Part shown: one piece after another, positions 51,851 to 64,000 of the stretch | Layout: each line of letters starts with the position of its first letter | Numbering within the stretch: position 1 is the first letter of the stretch | Source: Octopus vulgaris | Lineage: Eukaryota | Length of the DNA stretch: 64,000 bases | NCBI GenBank assembly: GCA_951406725.2 | Contig: OX597831.1 | Coordinates: forward strand, 34,782,001-34,846,000 | Direction: 5' to 3' | Notes under the pieces: model-generated | Seen by the model: only the letters and a program-made list of their open reading frames with translations | The model's database searches: none | Told to the model about the DNA's origin: nothing | Program-made: the position numbers and the translations under genes

Positions 51851-53025
51851 CACACACGTTTTTCTGCAGACAGCTTGGATATGCCATACAAGAGGTTACT
51901 GAGACGTGTGTGTGTGTATATGTGCGATGAAAGGAGGTGGGGTGGATGATTTTTTTTTCGATCTAAAATCAATTCGAGTACAAGCATATGTATATAGACA
52001 TCAGACAAATATATAGACATGCATTTAAACAATATTTACAAATATCGACATTAGCATATACGCACGCGCAACAGATGCACACTATACACATATAACAACA
52101 TACATGTACAGGCAAATATAGACAAACAAATCGGTACCTATGCATACGTACACACACACACACTCAGCTACGCAAACATACATACACGCATGTACATGTG
52201 TCTGAGTGTATATAAATATATACGCACTCACAAATACATATGCACACATCTAAACATGCGTCTTCGTGGTATGTACATATAAATTACACACATACACAAA
52301 GCGAGTTATTACTCAATTTATACCCAGTTAGCCTTTGGAACGGGTGCACAAGGCTGTAAGCCCTTACACAGAAATAACAGAATTTTTCGAAACCTCTTTT
52401 ACTGTGTAATATCACGATTCCTTCTCACTCATACCAAATTCTTTCGCTGTGGGATGCCGAAAATGTTCCTCCTGATTAAACAAGATACTTGGGACTTACA
52501 TCACAGTCTAAAAAGCACAAGACATCACCGCCACCACGACCACTACCACTACCGGTTGAAGAATTTCTTCTACCACCATGCCATTACGACGCTAGAATTT
52601 CTGCCTTGGTGGTGGTAAGGCGGGAGGGGAAAATAAATCAGAAGACGAAGAAGAAAACAAAATTTAAAAAAAAAAACAAATTCGAAGAGGAAGCTTGAGG
52701 AATTAAAGTATTTAGCGACAGTGCTACAAAAAGATGAGTTACGACGAAACACAAGTCTTAAGATAGATAGATACGACCATTCCAGAGATAGCCTAAGTTG
52801 CGATATAAATGCTATAAGTCAAGAGTGTACGTGAAATAAATATAAAATACAACTGAATTAGAAATTCATAAGTCATCCATGAATAATCACTTCATTATTT
52901 TATTGTTATGATAAACAACGTTAACAATAATAGCAATAACAACGAGGATAGTGATAAAAACTAAATAACAAAGACAAATCGACCTTAAACTTCGGATTAA
53001 CGATAACACTCATAGCCTATGTGCA

Positions 53026-53076
<51 letters not shown>

Positions 53077-53599
53077 TCAGCAACATAAAGCTCAACTATA
53101 TTTCCAGGAACCCTGTTCTCACAATACTAATATTAAAATCTATTATATATATATACAGATATCACATAGTATATGAAACGGATCACCCATCAACCCAAGT
53201 AAAATTGATAGAAAATGAATGAGCAAATGATATTGAAAGAAAAATCATCGTGATAACCTAAGCTACCTTTTAAATGAAGAGATTAATAACAAGGGATAAG
53301 GATAAGAAGGGTGACTACACAGAGTAAATTGAAAGGAACACACACACTATATGTGCAAAAGAAAGACGGGGTGTGGGGCTTGTAAAATTATTTATTTCGA
53401 AAATGTCAAGTCGGAAAAGGAAGAGAGAGAAAAAAAATAATAATAATAACAAGAGAGGACCAGCGCTGTCATAGTAAAATTACTGCTACTATATTCGACT
53501 AAGAGCGGGGCGGAGAGAACTCGAAGTAACTTAATAATTATTATCATTTCTAACGACTAATTTTAGACGGAGAGAGGTAAGAAAAAAAAAAAAAACACG

Positions 53600-54700
53600 A
53601 AACGAAATCAGTTGAAACCCCCACCCCCGTCAGTATTTTCAGTGGTACCATATTTTACAGAACCCGGGGAAGATATAAAAAAACAAAAGTCGATATGGAC
53701 GGGATGTAAAACGGTTGGGAAAATAAAGGGCCGTAAATGTTAACTGAATCACCAAGCTTGATAATCCATTTGCTCTCTCGCAATAATAATAATGATCCTT
53801 TCTAATATAGAAAGGAGGCCTGAAATTTTGAGGGAAGGGGCTACTCGATTAAATCGACGTCAGTGCTCAATTGGGGTTTACTTTATCTACTATGAAAGGA
53901 TTAAAAAGTCGACCTAGGCGTAATTTGAACCAAGAAAATAAAGACGGACAAAATACCGCTAAGCATTTTCTCCGACGTGCTAACCATTCCGCCAGGCCGC
54001 AGACTTAAAAACATTTTCGGCACAAGGTATACACCTGGAAAGGGGATTACAGTTGATTACATTGGACCCAGCACTTAAACTGTAACCTATTTTATCGACC
54101 CTGGAAGAATAAAAAAAAAGTCAATCGTAAGAAGGGTTCGAACTCGGAACTTAAAGGGACGTAACTAAATATAGCGAAGTATTTTGTATGTCGCTCTACC
54201 GGTTCTGCCAATTCACTCGCCATACTATTGTTAATAATAATCCTTACCATTACAGGCACAAGGCCAAAAATTTTGGAGGAGGGGGCTAGTTGATTACACC
54301 GACCCCAGTAATAAACTGGTACTTATTTAATCGACCATGAGAGGATAAAAGCAAAGTTGACCTCGGCGGATTTTGAACTCAGAACGCAAAAACGGACGAA
54401 ATGCCGCCAAGCATTTTGCCCGGCGTGCTAACGATTCTGCCAGCTCGCCGCCCTACTACAGCTACTACTACTAATAATATTTTCTACTATAAGCACAAGA
54501 CCTGGAATTCGGGAACGGGAGAGGAGTCATGTCGATTACATCGACCTCAGTACTTGACTGGTACTTTACTTATCGACCCCCGGAAGGGATGAAAGGCAAA
54601 ATTAACCGCGGTGGGATGAGAATTCAGAATGTAAAGAGCCGGAACAAATTCTACCGAACGTTTTCTTCGAAGCGCAAACGATTCTGCCATCCAACGATAA
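53600..54700 (-). mobile_element. Tandem cluster of about five family B-related SINEs
   Basis: Repeated reverse-complement modules ctggtacttattt...atcgacc...gga...aaggcaaagtcgacctcggcggaatttgaactcagaacg, separated by (TAA)/(TAC) tails. Confidence 0.75.
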
Positions 54701-56897
54701 CCATGATGATGATAATGATAATTGCCATCCGACTCGACTGATGTGGCCACAAAGTAGGGGATCAGAGCTCGATCCGAAAGCCTACTCGTACCCGTAACAG
54801 AAGCCTGTACAATAATTGTTTCGGTATAAGGACAAAAAAAATTATAAGTAAAAAAAAAAAAAAAAATTGCCCAAGTGTTAGGGTAGGAAACGTTTAAGAG
54901 AAATTAATTAATTAATAGAATTTAATTTAAGTCTCATGAGCAGATACCTATATTTCCCAATCAACTTTTTTTCCGGCTTTGATGAAGGTAGAATGGTTTC
55001 ATTTTATATTTATTTATTTATTGCCACCCCCAGCCGCATCACATCAATGAGATAAAATGTTTCACATCAAAACAGAATAAAACCACAATGTGATCGCTCG
55101 CTATGCAAGAAATAACAGCCAATATCAATCTCGTCAATTTACACCCAATGAAAAGAAAAAAATGGAAGAACAAACTGATTGATATAAAGCAAAATATAGT
55201 TTACCAGAAAAAAAATAAAATAAAAGGACGAGATGGTCATGGAAGAGAGGCTTTTGAGCATAGGTTTGCTTAATCAAAGCTGGCCTGGGGCGAAAGAAAA
55301 AGAAATCGGTCGATTTCTACAAACCATCCCTGAACAAACGATGGAACATCACTAGCAGCTTGACTAAGCAAAAATAACAGCCAAACAAAACCCTACCATC
55401 TAAAAAAACAGAGAGAGAGAGCGAGAGGGAGGAAGGGATACAGATAACACAATGTCCGGAATCACAAATATGATGGTCATTTTGGAGCGCCTGTGATCAT
55501 TATGGGCTTGCTTGATCTCTTTATACTACTTCTCTTGTTTCTACTACCCTTAATTACACACACACACACACACACAGAGAAGAGCGAGAAAAGACGAATG
55601 AGTGGGTACACGCCCTCGTTAGTTCTTTAGTTCGTTTTAGCCATCACAGCTCAAGCCATGTCATACCATCAAAAGAACACTATACCATCGTTAGATTAAT
55701 CATTTCGCTTCGTTTGACAGAACACACACAGATGTATGTATGTATGTTTGTATGTGTGTGTGTGTAGATATAAACAGCATTCTTAAGAAAATGACAAGCC
55801 CTTAATACGAAAAAAAAAAAGTCAAAACGAGATCACAGCCTTGTTTTCAAGCTAACATGTTTAATAAAAGTGAAGCTGTTCCCCAAATATACAAATACAT
55901 GCATCCGTGAATATACTCTAGAATATATATACATATATATGATGATGATGACGATATATATATATACATGTGTGTGTGTGTGCGGGCGTGTATATACATG
56001 TGTATATGTGGTGTGTTTAAGAGAATTTCAAAGCCATTAATTTCCTCATCACACACACACATATAGTATATATATATATATAAAGTGTGTGTGTGTATGT
56101 GTGAATTTCCTAGTATATACTTTCACTAAAATGATATGTCGGCCCCTCGAAATCTGTACAACAATTTTTCATGTCAACATATGAAGCTAATATAATAATC
56201 CATCTATTTTTGTTCTCTGTGTCTTCCCTACCGGAAGTTGTTGCTTTTGGACATCTGACAAGGAGGATCTTTTTAAGATATTTTAATATATTTTAAAGGA
56301 GGAACGATCAGAAATTCACTCAGGAATACAGAAATGTAACAAATAAACTAACAAGCAAAGCTAACCATAACCAAATCATTCCCATTCATTTTAATATTGA
56401 ATAAATAATAATTAGTATTAATAATATCATTGTAGTAATTAATATTATAGTAATAGAAATTTGAAAGAATATAATAAATGGTTTAGCAGAAGGTAATGAA
56501 AATATGTAGAGGTTTGAAGAAAAAACGATATAAATGAAAGTAACGGGTATATATATATATAGGTATATATATATATATGTTAAAGAGTCATGTGGTGTGA
56601 TGTAGTGAAATCTTCCTTTGGAAATTGCTACATGAAGAATGGAGCATACTCCAAGATTACATTATATATATATATATATATAGCTTATTCTGTTACATAG
56701 AAAATGTATGCGAATATGTATACATACATACATATATATATATACACTGAGCATATTCTTCGTTTTATATTATATATATATATATATATTATAGAATATC
56801 CTGTGTATATATAAATATACCTTATTCTATATTATTATAGAACACTGCTACATGTCTGTGTATGTATATGCATTTATAACATATTCTTTGTGTGTGC

Positions 56898-56938
<41 letters not shown>

Positions 56939-57560
56939 TAAAATCATAGAATATCATATCCTATGTGTAATACATACAGTTTATTCTATATTATATTATA
57001 TATATATGTATATATATTATTGTGTGTGTGTGTGTGTGTATATATATATTATACATATATAACATATTCTCGTTTTTTTTTTTTTTAAATATATGTATTA
57101 GAATACACTGAATGAGTGTATACACATACATATGTGAGTGTAATGATATAGTTATATATGTAGAAAGATAGGAAGAGGTGTATATATATGTGTGTGTAGA
57201 GGCAGCAGATTTCTTTCACTGTTTGGTGCTTGTAGAGTGAAAAATAGACGGACATAGAAAGAGGAGAGAAATACATAGGGTATAGTTTAAGTTAAGCTTC
57301 CACAGTTGCCCACGCCGTGTGAATATTCGTAAAAAAAAAAAGAAAGAATCACAATAAAAAGTAAAAAAAAAAAAACAACAAAAAAAAATGATAGATAGAT
57401 AGATGGATGGATATAAAGATAGATATATTATGAGACAGACAGCCGCGCTTCTCTCGCGAAAATAATATGTAAAAAAAAAATTCTCTGGAATCGATTGCGA
57501 AACATAGATAAGTGATTAGTTATCTATGTGTTGGTTTTTTAGTTTTCTAGAAGTACTTAC

Positions 57561-57670
57561 CTCCTTCGATTATAGTTAAAAGATGCGACATGAAACTCCT
57601 TTAGAGCCTTTCACATGCTTTCCACCGACTCTAATCCCATTTCCATCAAGAATTCACAAAATGGCGACAT
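57561..57670 (-). other. Probable first exon of the minus-strand gene (5' end approximate)
   Basis: Minus-strand donor GAG|GTAAGT with GT at 57560-57559, next to the promoter motifs. Contains a 19-codon uORF from 57670 and an ATG at 57591 (MSHLLTIIEG, phase 1). Confidence 0.6.
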
Positions 57671-57964
57671 AATATCCAATCAAGCTGGTCACTTGCTCTT
57701 CATTTACTGCCAAATATTTTTATTCGTCACTTAATCATTTACATACTTTATTTATATTAATGAAACTTAGAAAAAAATTATAGACAGGAAAAAAAATAAT
57801 ATAATCGATCAGTTCTCTTTTTTTTTTTAAATCGGTTTTTCGGGGTTTCTGCTAAATATATATATATATTTTTTTCTTTTTTTATAGCTTTCATGTAACT
57901 CACTGTAATATCTACCAATCAGAAGCGACTATTCCAAATTTCTGCTGAGCTTATTCTAGCACAA
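57600..57964. promoter_or_regulatory. Bidirectional promoter between CDC40 (+) and an unidentified minus-strand gene
   Basis: YY1-type motif CAAAATGGCG at 57657-57666, CCAAT boxes at 57676 and 57915 (CCAATCAG, NF-Y consensus), retained CpGs, and divergent first exons on both sides. Confidence 0.65.
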
Positions 57965-58135
57965 ATGTCGTCGATGTTATCATTACAGCAGTATGCGAGT
58001 AGTTCAGAGGAATCTAATATCTCCGGCTCTGAAGACAATGGAGACGAGACACGAATTCACTTAAAAACAGTTGACCAGACCACTTCCTTATCGTCGAAAA
58101 TCTCCATCGTTGCAGCTCCTGACGTTGTTTCAAAG
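57965..58135 (+). CDS. CDC40: First coding exon of pre-mRNA-processing factor 17 (CDC40/PRP17); the gene continues beyond the window
   Basis: ATG at 57965 opens 57 codons (MSSMLSLQQYASSSEESNISGSEDNGDETRIHLKTVDQTTSLSSKISIVAAPDVVSK) ending at a phase-0 donor AAG|GTAAAT. The pattern L-x-x-Y, Ser/acidic tract, HL-K, then AAPDVVSK matches my recollection of the metazoan PRP17 N-terminus (human ...LAASYGSGSGSESDSD...MHLTK...VDSAPEVAVK). Exon 2 (expected YNPxYExxFAP motif) is not seen in the window. Confidence 0.8.
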
Positions 58136-59741
58136 GTAAATAAATTAGCATCAACCATAATATTTACTCCCTCCCTTCCTCTCTCATTCTCTTTCTATCT
58201 TTCTTTAACTCCAGCCATGTGCTTCTCATTCTTCAGTTTCTGTGTCTCTCTCCCTTCTTTCATCTGGCTTTTTTACACACCATCTCATTTGTTTACAATA
58301 TGATTTCATCAGGTTCAAAACGTTCTGTGTTATTGATGTGCTGTGTTCTTACACCAAATCGATATACATACATACACACATATATGTACGTGTGTGCATA
58401 TATATTATGTATATGTATAAAACTATTGTAATCGAACCGTTTTAGATAGATTTAAATGTTCTTAAATTTAAACTGTCTCTTGTTCTATAAGTAAAAACAA
58501 GGGGTTAACTTTCATTGTTATTCTTCCGGTGTTACGTTCAGAGTTCAAACCCCACCGCGGCCTAGTCTATCCTTCATCCTTTCGGGCTCGGTAAAATAAG
58601 TACCAGTTGAGCACTGGGTCGATATAATTGACTAGCATTCTCCCATAAAACTTCAGGTCTTGTGCCTATTGTAGGAAGAATTATTGTGCAGTTTACTCCA
58701 CTAATTTCAACTATAATCTTTGTTTCCAGCTGACTATACTTCTGGTGTTATTATGACATCAATAATTATATACTAATTGACTTACCACATGGTTAAAAGT
58801 AAAAGAAAACCAAAACACAGATTTGTCACCGTTGTCGTTGGAACCCCGGTGGACTATGAATGGGCAGCCTTATGATCAAAAGATTTCCAACCATAGCCAT
58901 TTCGTTTTAATTTCAGGTATTCTATTTTGCACTATGGTAGTTGATGTTTAATCCAAGTCAGCCCTGATCAAGCAGACAGACTTATGATGATCGAAGGTGT
59001 TCATACTGTGATCAGTCAATGATTCTAGATTTTGTTTGTCTGGGACTATATTATTCATTATGTCCTTCCTTTTTTAAGGCGAGTGTGAGATTGGCTGTTT
59101 TTGCCCAAAGGGTTGAGCAATCAAATAATATTTTTCTCGTTTATGTTAAATTATATAGTTTATATATATATATAATCTACTCCTGGCGAAACTTGAACTT
59201 GGATTCTCATTTATCACTGCAAGCCATTTAGACTGTATCACCGCTCTATGCTCTAGTTCTGTCTAACCTACAGATAAATATTTATAATCATTCAATGAAT
59301 ATACTTATTTATGAACAAAGAATTTACATAGCAACATGCTCTTCTGTTTATCAATGTACTTCTGTAAACCTTACAGAACCACTTTACATATCAATCATCG
59401 AAAAGGGCTGTTCTCTTGGCAACAACTCTGAGAAATCCTCCTGGATGCTGTTCCTCTTCTAACTCCATGTTCTCATACACAAAGTAATATTTCCGCCAAA
59501 ATTTGATTCTGCAGTATAATACCTTCGCTAATCAATATTCCAGTTACCACTCCAACCTAACAAGGCCTTGATAATGTCCCTTTCAATACCCATAAACAAT
59601 ACACTCCATTGCCACTTTTTCTTTTTCTACAGGAAATTACTCAGATCTATGGTAACACTCTAAAGGGTGGCCTTCTACATTTACCAATCACTAACCTTTC
59701 ACCCACATCTCTAACATCTCCATCTTGATGGAAACATTTAT

Positions 59742-60116
59742 TAACAAGAGCACTCAGAGAGTGCAAACCTCTGCTAAGGCAACACCAATATCTTCTCAAC
59801 GATTAGCCAAAGGTGATTTTTAAAATGAGAATATCTGAAATAAACTTGACTGCTCTCACAAACGAGAATTACGAAAAATGAACCCAACCACTCGAAAAAA
59901 TTTAGTAAAAAAAAAAAGTGGAAAAATAATCTAGAATCCTTGTCTGGTACCGGATTGATTCCAAAATCTAATCAGTTTGTGCCAGTCACAGGGCCAAACA
60001 TCCCTGGAAATTTCATCCAAATCCATCCAGCGGTTCTTGAGATACCTTGTCCACGGACAAACAAACAAATGTGACTGTAAACAATACCTCTGTCTTTGCT
60101 AAGGTGGAGGTTATAA
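59742..60116 (+). mobile_element. Non-autonomous Helentron-associated (HINE-like) element
   Basis: Starts aacaagagcactcagagagtgcaaacctctgctaaggc and ends in a hairpin acctctgtctt-tgct-aaggtggaggt that is also inverted to the 5' subterminal motif. It interrupts a LINE remnant. Classification is from recall of similar elements. Confidence 0.5.
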
Positions 60117-60884
60117 TCACTTTGAATTTTTCATCCTCCTCAGTGACCACCTGTACAGCCTCCAAAGGGCCAGATTTATTGCAGTCCTCCTCCTCTGTCA
60201 TTCACCAATGTTCCTTCACACTTGAGAATTTCAGTGAAAGCAGTGTTACTGTACTTGTTTTCAACAAATTTTTCAGTCATATCCTCTATGTCTGCCATGG
60301 GAACTATCTCTTTTTCTACTTATGAGTGTCATCCATCTCTTGTCATAATGATTAGCACCTTCCTGTCAGATCATGCCAATGCAGTTTCTGCTGTGTTCTT
60401 GCTAGACTTCACACCATTGTATCGGGGTGTCTAAAGGTTTGGCTGTGTCCTCTACACTCCTCCTATATATTAATGGTCAGCTTGCTGTTCGTCACTTCTT
60501 ATAGCACTACACACTTGTACACTAATGATTCCACTCTTTATTCTGCCTTCTCTCTCCACACAGAGTTGTCGTCATCCATATGCTACCTTATTGAATTCTT
60601 AAACCACTTTCATCATCATTTAACATCCACTTTCCACACTGGCATGAGTTGGACAGGAGCTGACAAGGCCAGGTTCCAGTGTCTGTTTTGGCTTGGTTTC
60701 TGCAAATGGAGGCACATCCTAACCCCAACCACTTTACAGAATGTATTGGGTGCTTTTTGCATGTCACCATCACTGTTACTTTGTAAGTAGCATCAGCACC
60801 ATTGCTTTTCTCATGGCATTCTCACCAATGCTTTTTACATGACAGACCTTGAGAACCTGGTATCATGCAAATCTAGCTTCTTTT

Positions 60885-61438
60885 AACACTTGCCAGCCTA
60901 CCCTGGCACCTGTGCTGGTGGCACCTAAAAAACACCATCGGTACGTGGTCGATGCCAGTGCCGCCTTGACTGGGTTACGTGCGGTTGGCACATAAAAAGT
61001 ACCCACCGTTCGTGGCCGTTGCCAGCCTACCCTGGCACCTAAAAAGCACCATCCGTACGTGGTCGATGCCAGCGCCGCCTTGACTAGGTTACGTGCCGGT
61101 GGCACATAAAAAGTACCAACCATTAGTGGCCGTTGCCAGCCTACCCTGGCACCTAAAAAGCACCATCTGTACGTGGCTGATGCCAGCACTGCCTTGTCTG
61201 GCTTCCGTGTCGGTGGCACGTAAAAACCACCAACCAATCGTGGCCATTGCCAGCCTCCCCTGGCACGTAAAAAGCACCCACTACACTCACGGAGTGGTTG
61301 GTGTTAGGAAGGGCATCCAGCTGTAGAAACACTGCCAGATCAGACTGGAGTCTGGTGCAGCCTCCTGGCTTCCCAGACCCCAGTCGAACCGTCCAACACA
61401 TGCTAGCATGGAAAACGGACGTTAAACGATGATGATGA
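60885..61438 (+). mobile_element. Family C non-autonomous retroelement with an RTE-like 3' end and internal 114-bp tandem repeats
   Basis: Ends ...gttaggaagggcatccagctgtagaaac...catgctagcatggaaaacggacgttaaac(GAT)n. Shorter copies at 27017-27204(+), 39013-39280(-) and 63843-64000(-). The RTE assignment is from recall. Confidence 0.7.
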
Positions 61439-62960
61439 CAGAAATAATCATTACAATGCAGCTTGTACCAGTTATGTACAACAAGCATAAGTTGTAAACT
61501 TTGCTATGAAAGGGTCACAATCTCTAACAATACTTTTACTACAGCCTCAAATACAGAGTGTCACCAAAACTGTACCCCTAAACTATGAATTCCTTTTTTT
61601 TTTTTTTTTTCTTTTTTGGATAAAAAATACTATTGATTTATTGCCGTCCCCTCTACAAAATGACACTCCATCTATTAGAATGATGAGGGTTCCAATTGAT
61701 ATAATCAAGGGAACAGCCTGCTCATGAAACTTACTTGAGGACTCCACCGACATACTTAATGTAGTTCTCGGGCAGATTCAGCTTGACAGAAAATTACCTG
61801 TACAACTCATTGGACTGAGTGGACTAGAGCAACGTGAAATAAAGTGTCTTGCTCAAGGACACAGTGTGCCACCAGGAATCGAACACATGGCCGAACAGTC
61901 ATGAACTGAATACCCTAACCAGCAAGTCACACTCCTTCATCCCTTCCCCTCTGCAAAGTTCATGTAAGACCTACATTTGTATACTACTCACATATCTGGT
62001 TTGCACTGCTTCTATGCTCAGAAATAGCCTAGTTCATAGCCAAAAATAAAAGTCATTTGACTGATTGGCATTGATTCACTTGCCAACATACAGGAACCCT
62101 TTTTCTTGTGTCTTTTCTGTAGCTACCAGCTGGTTCTGTGCCCATCCTCCCAAAGGTTACTGTGCCTTTTTCCCCAAATTCCATACCAAAAGTCATGCCA
62201 ATTATTCTTACCTACATCTGATTCTTTGGAGACTTTCCCATCTTTGGGTTTTCTTCCCTATCACAGATGTCTAAATTGCATTTATTTCACCAGTCAAGAA
62301 GCCCCTACAGAAATTATGGTAACATAAGCACCACATACAGGAATGTCATAGGATTTAGTAAATAGGGTCTTGTCAGGAAAGCTAAGGTTAAAGTTTATGA
62401 ACAGTCTCTGAAAATCCTTGGCTTGTTAAAGTCTTTTGATGGCAGTGATGTCTGCTAAACCTATTAATATGGAGAGAGAAAAACAAAACTCTTCTCTTTG
62501 TATTAATCCAGTGAGTTTGGATCATTTCCTTATCTTGCTTCACATGCATCTGGTTGTCAGGTGAGGCCTTTGTGAAAATTAAATGAATGTTTTTATTGCA
62601 GTTTATGACAAGCTGTAATGTAAATAAGCCTGAAAGATAAGAACATCTGTTATTGGCCATAAAGCCACTTATTCGCTCATCCTTATTTTCAACCAGCGGG
62701 AGTGGGCTACAGACCTTGCCCCACCCACCACAATAGATACTTCATGAACTCTTCAGTGAAATGTAAGAGATTAGGCCTTTGTTAGGTGTTGCTGGAAAAA
62801 GGTAAAGGTGAAAAGAGGATATCATATGAAAGATGTGTGTGGATATTTCAAACTCCATCTAAAAAGGGACTTTCTCTGCTCCTGAACAAATCTATTATAA
62901 TTTCCTTCAGTTGTCACAAAATGTATGATGATGTAAGATATTATTATTGGCATATTATTA

Positions 62961-63842
62961 AGGCGGCGAGCTGGCAGAAACGTTAGCACGCCGGGCGAAA
63001 TGCGTAGCCGTATTTCGTCTGCCGTTACGTTCTGAGTTCAAATTCCGCCGAGGTCGACTTTGCCTTTCATCCTTTCGGGGTCGATAAATTAAGTACCAGT
63101 TACGCGCTGGGGTCGATGTAATCGACTTAATACCTATGTCTGTCCTTGTTTGTCCCCACTATGTTTAGCCCCTTGTGGGTAATAATGAAATAGATATTAT
63201 TCTTGGCAGTGACCTGGCAGAACTGTTACCATCATGGACAAAATGCTTGACAGAAAGAATTCTTCAATTTGTCTGTCTTCACATTCCTGAGTTTAAATGT
63301 CGCCAAAGCCAACATTGCCTTTCATCCTTTTGGAGTCAATAAAATAAATACCAGTTGAATACTAGGGCTGATGTAACCGACTTGCCCCCAACTCTAAAAC
63401 TGCAGGATTTATGCCTAAATTTGAAATCATTATTATTGTTGTTATTAAGGCGGCCACTTGGCAGAATCGTTGACATGCCAAGTGAAATGCTTAGTGGTAT
63501 TTTGTCTGCGTTACGTTGTGAGTTCAAATTCCGCCGAGGTCGACTTTGCCTTTCATCCTTTCGGGGTCGATAAATTAAGTACCAGTTACGCACTTGGGTC
63601 GATGTAATCGACTTAATACCTATGTCTGTCCTTGTTTGTCCCCTCTGTGTTTAGCCCCTTGTGGGTAATAAAGAAATAGGTATTTCGTCTGCCGCTACAT
63701 TCTGAGTTCCAGTTCCACTGAGGTTAGTTTTACCCTTCATCCTTTCGGGTTTGATTAAATAAGTACCAGTTACACACGGGTTGATGTAATCAATTAGCCC
63801 CCTTCCCCAAAAATTTTCATGGCCTTGTGTCTAGAGTAGAAA
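62961..63842 (+). mobile_element. Tandem cluster of family B SINEs (young copy 62961-63191 plus older and partial copies)
   Basis: Same consensus as 22357, repeated head to tail about four times. CpGs are intact in the first copy. Confidence 0.85.
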
Positions 63843-64000
63843 TCATCATCATCATCGTTTAACGTCCACTTTCCATGCTAGCATGGGTTGGACGGTTCAA
63901 CTGGGGTCTGGGAAGCCCGAAGGCTGCACCAGGCCAGTCAGATATGGCAGTGTTTCTACAGCTGGATGCCCTTACTAACGCCAACCACTCCGAGAGTGTA

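Larger units (their letters stand above)
59230..62330 (+). mobile_element. Fragmented L2/CR1-clade LINE in CDC40 intron 1, split by later insertions
   Basis: LYTNDSTL (decayed YADDSTL) near 60515, GV.KG-like block near 60425, QK-VI-LIG-like block near 62040. Interrupted by the HINE-like element, family C and family F. Confidence 0.55.

Noticed and set aside
58136-58303. Extension of the CDC40 ORF to 112 aa
   Set aside because: Read-through into intron past the AAG|GTAAAT donor; CT-rich low complexity.
60892-61280. CRISPR-like repeat/spacer appearance
   Set aside because: The spacers are themselves repeated with a 114-bp period, the array is part of a dispersed retroelement, there are no cas genes, and the context is eukaryotic.

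Overview
Eukaryotic, AT-rich, repeat-dense genomic DNA. The SINE families and microsatellite load strongly suggest an octopus or other coleoid cephalopod; this is inference from recalled repeat consensus, not a search result. The only host gene I recognise is the first coding exon of CDC40/PRP17 (+, 57965-58135). It shares a short bidirectional promoter (YY1 and CCAAT motifs) with an unidentified minus-strand gene whose first exon ends at a strong donor at 57561. Almost all of 1-57560 is probably intron of that gene, with several candidate exons. Four of them join in phase into a 188-codon ORF whose TGA overlaps a downstream ATG. The intronic DNA carries a nearly full-length Merlin (IS1595/IS1016-like) transposase pseudogene, mariner, Tc1 and pogo remnants, L2/CR1 and RTE LINE remnants, hAT and piggyBac-type MITEs with intact TSDs, a Helentron-like element, and several SINE families that are often nested. 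It also holds two long hairpins, one built from sequence copied from 4 kb away. No prokaryotic system, CRISPR array, rRNA or genuine tRNA gene is supported, and most listed ORFs are microsatellite or SINE artefacts.
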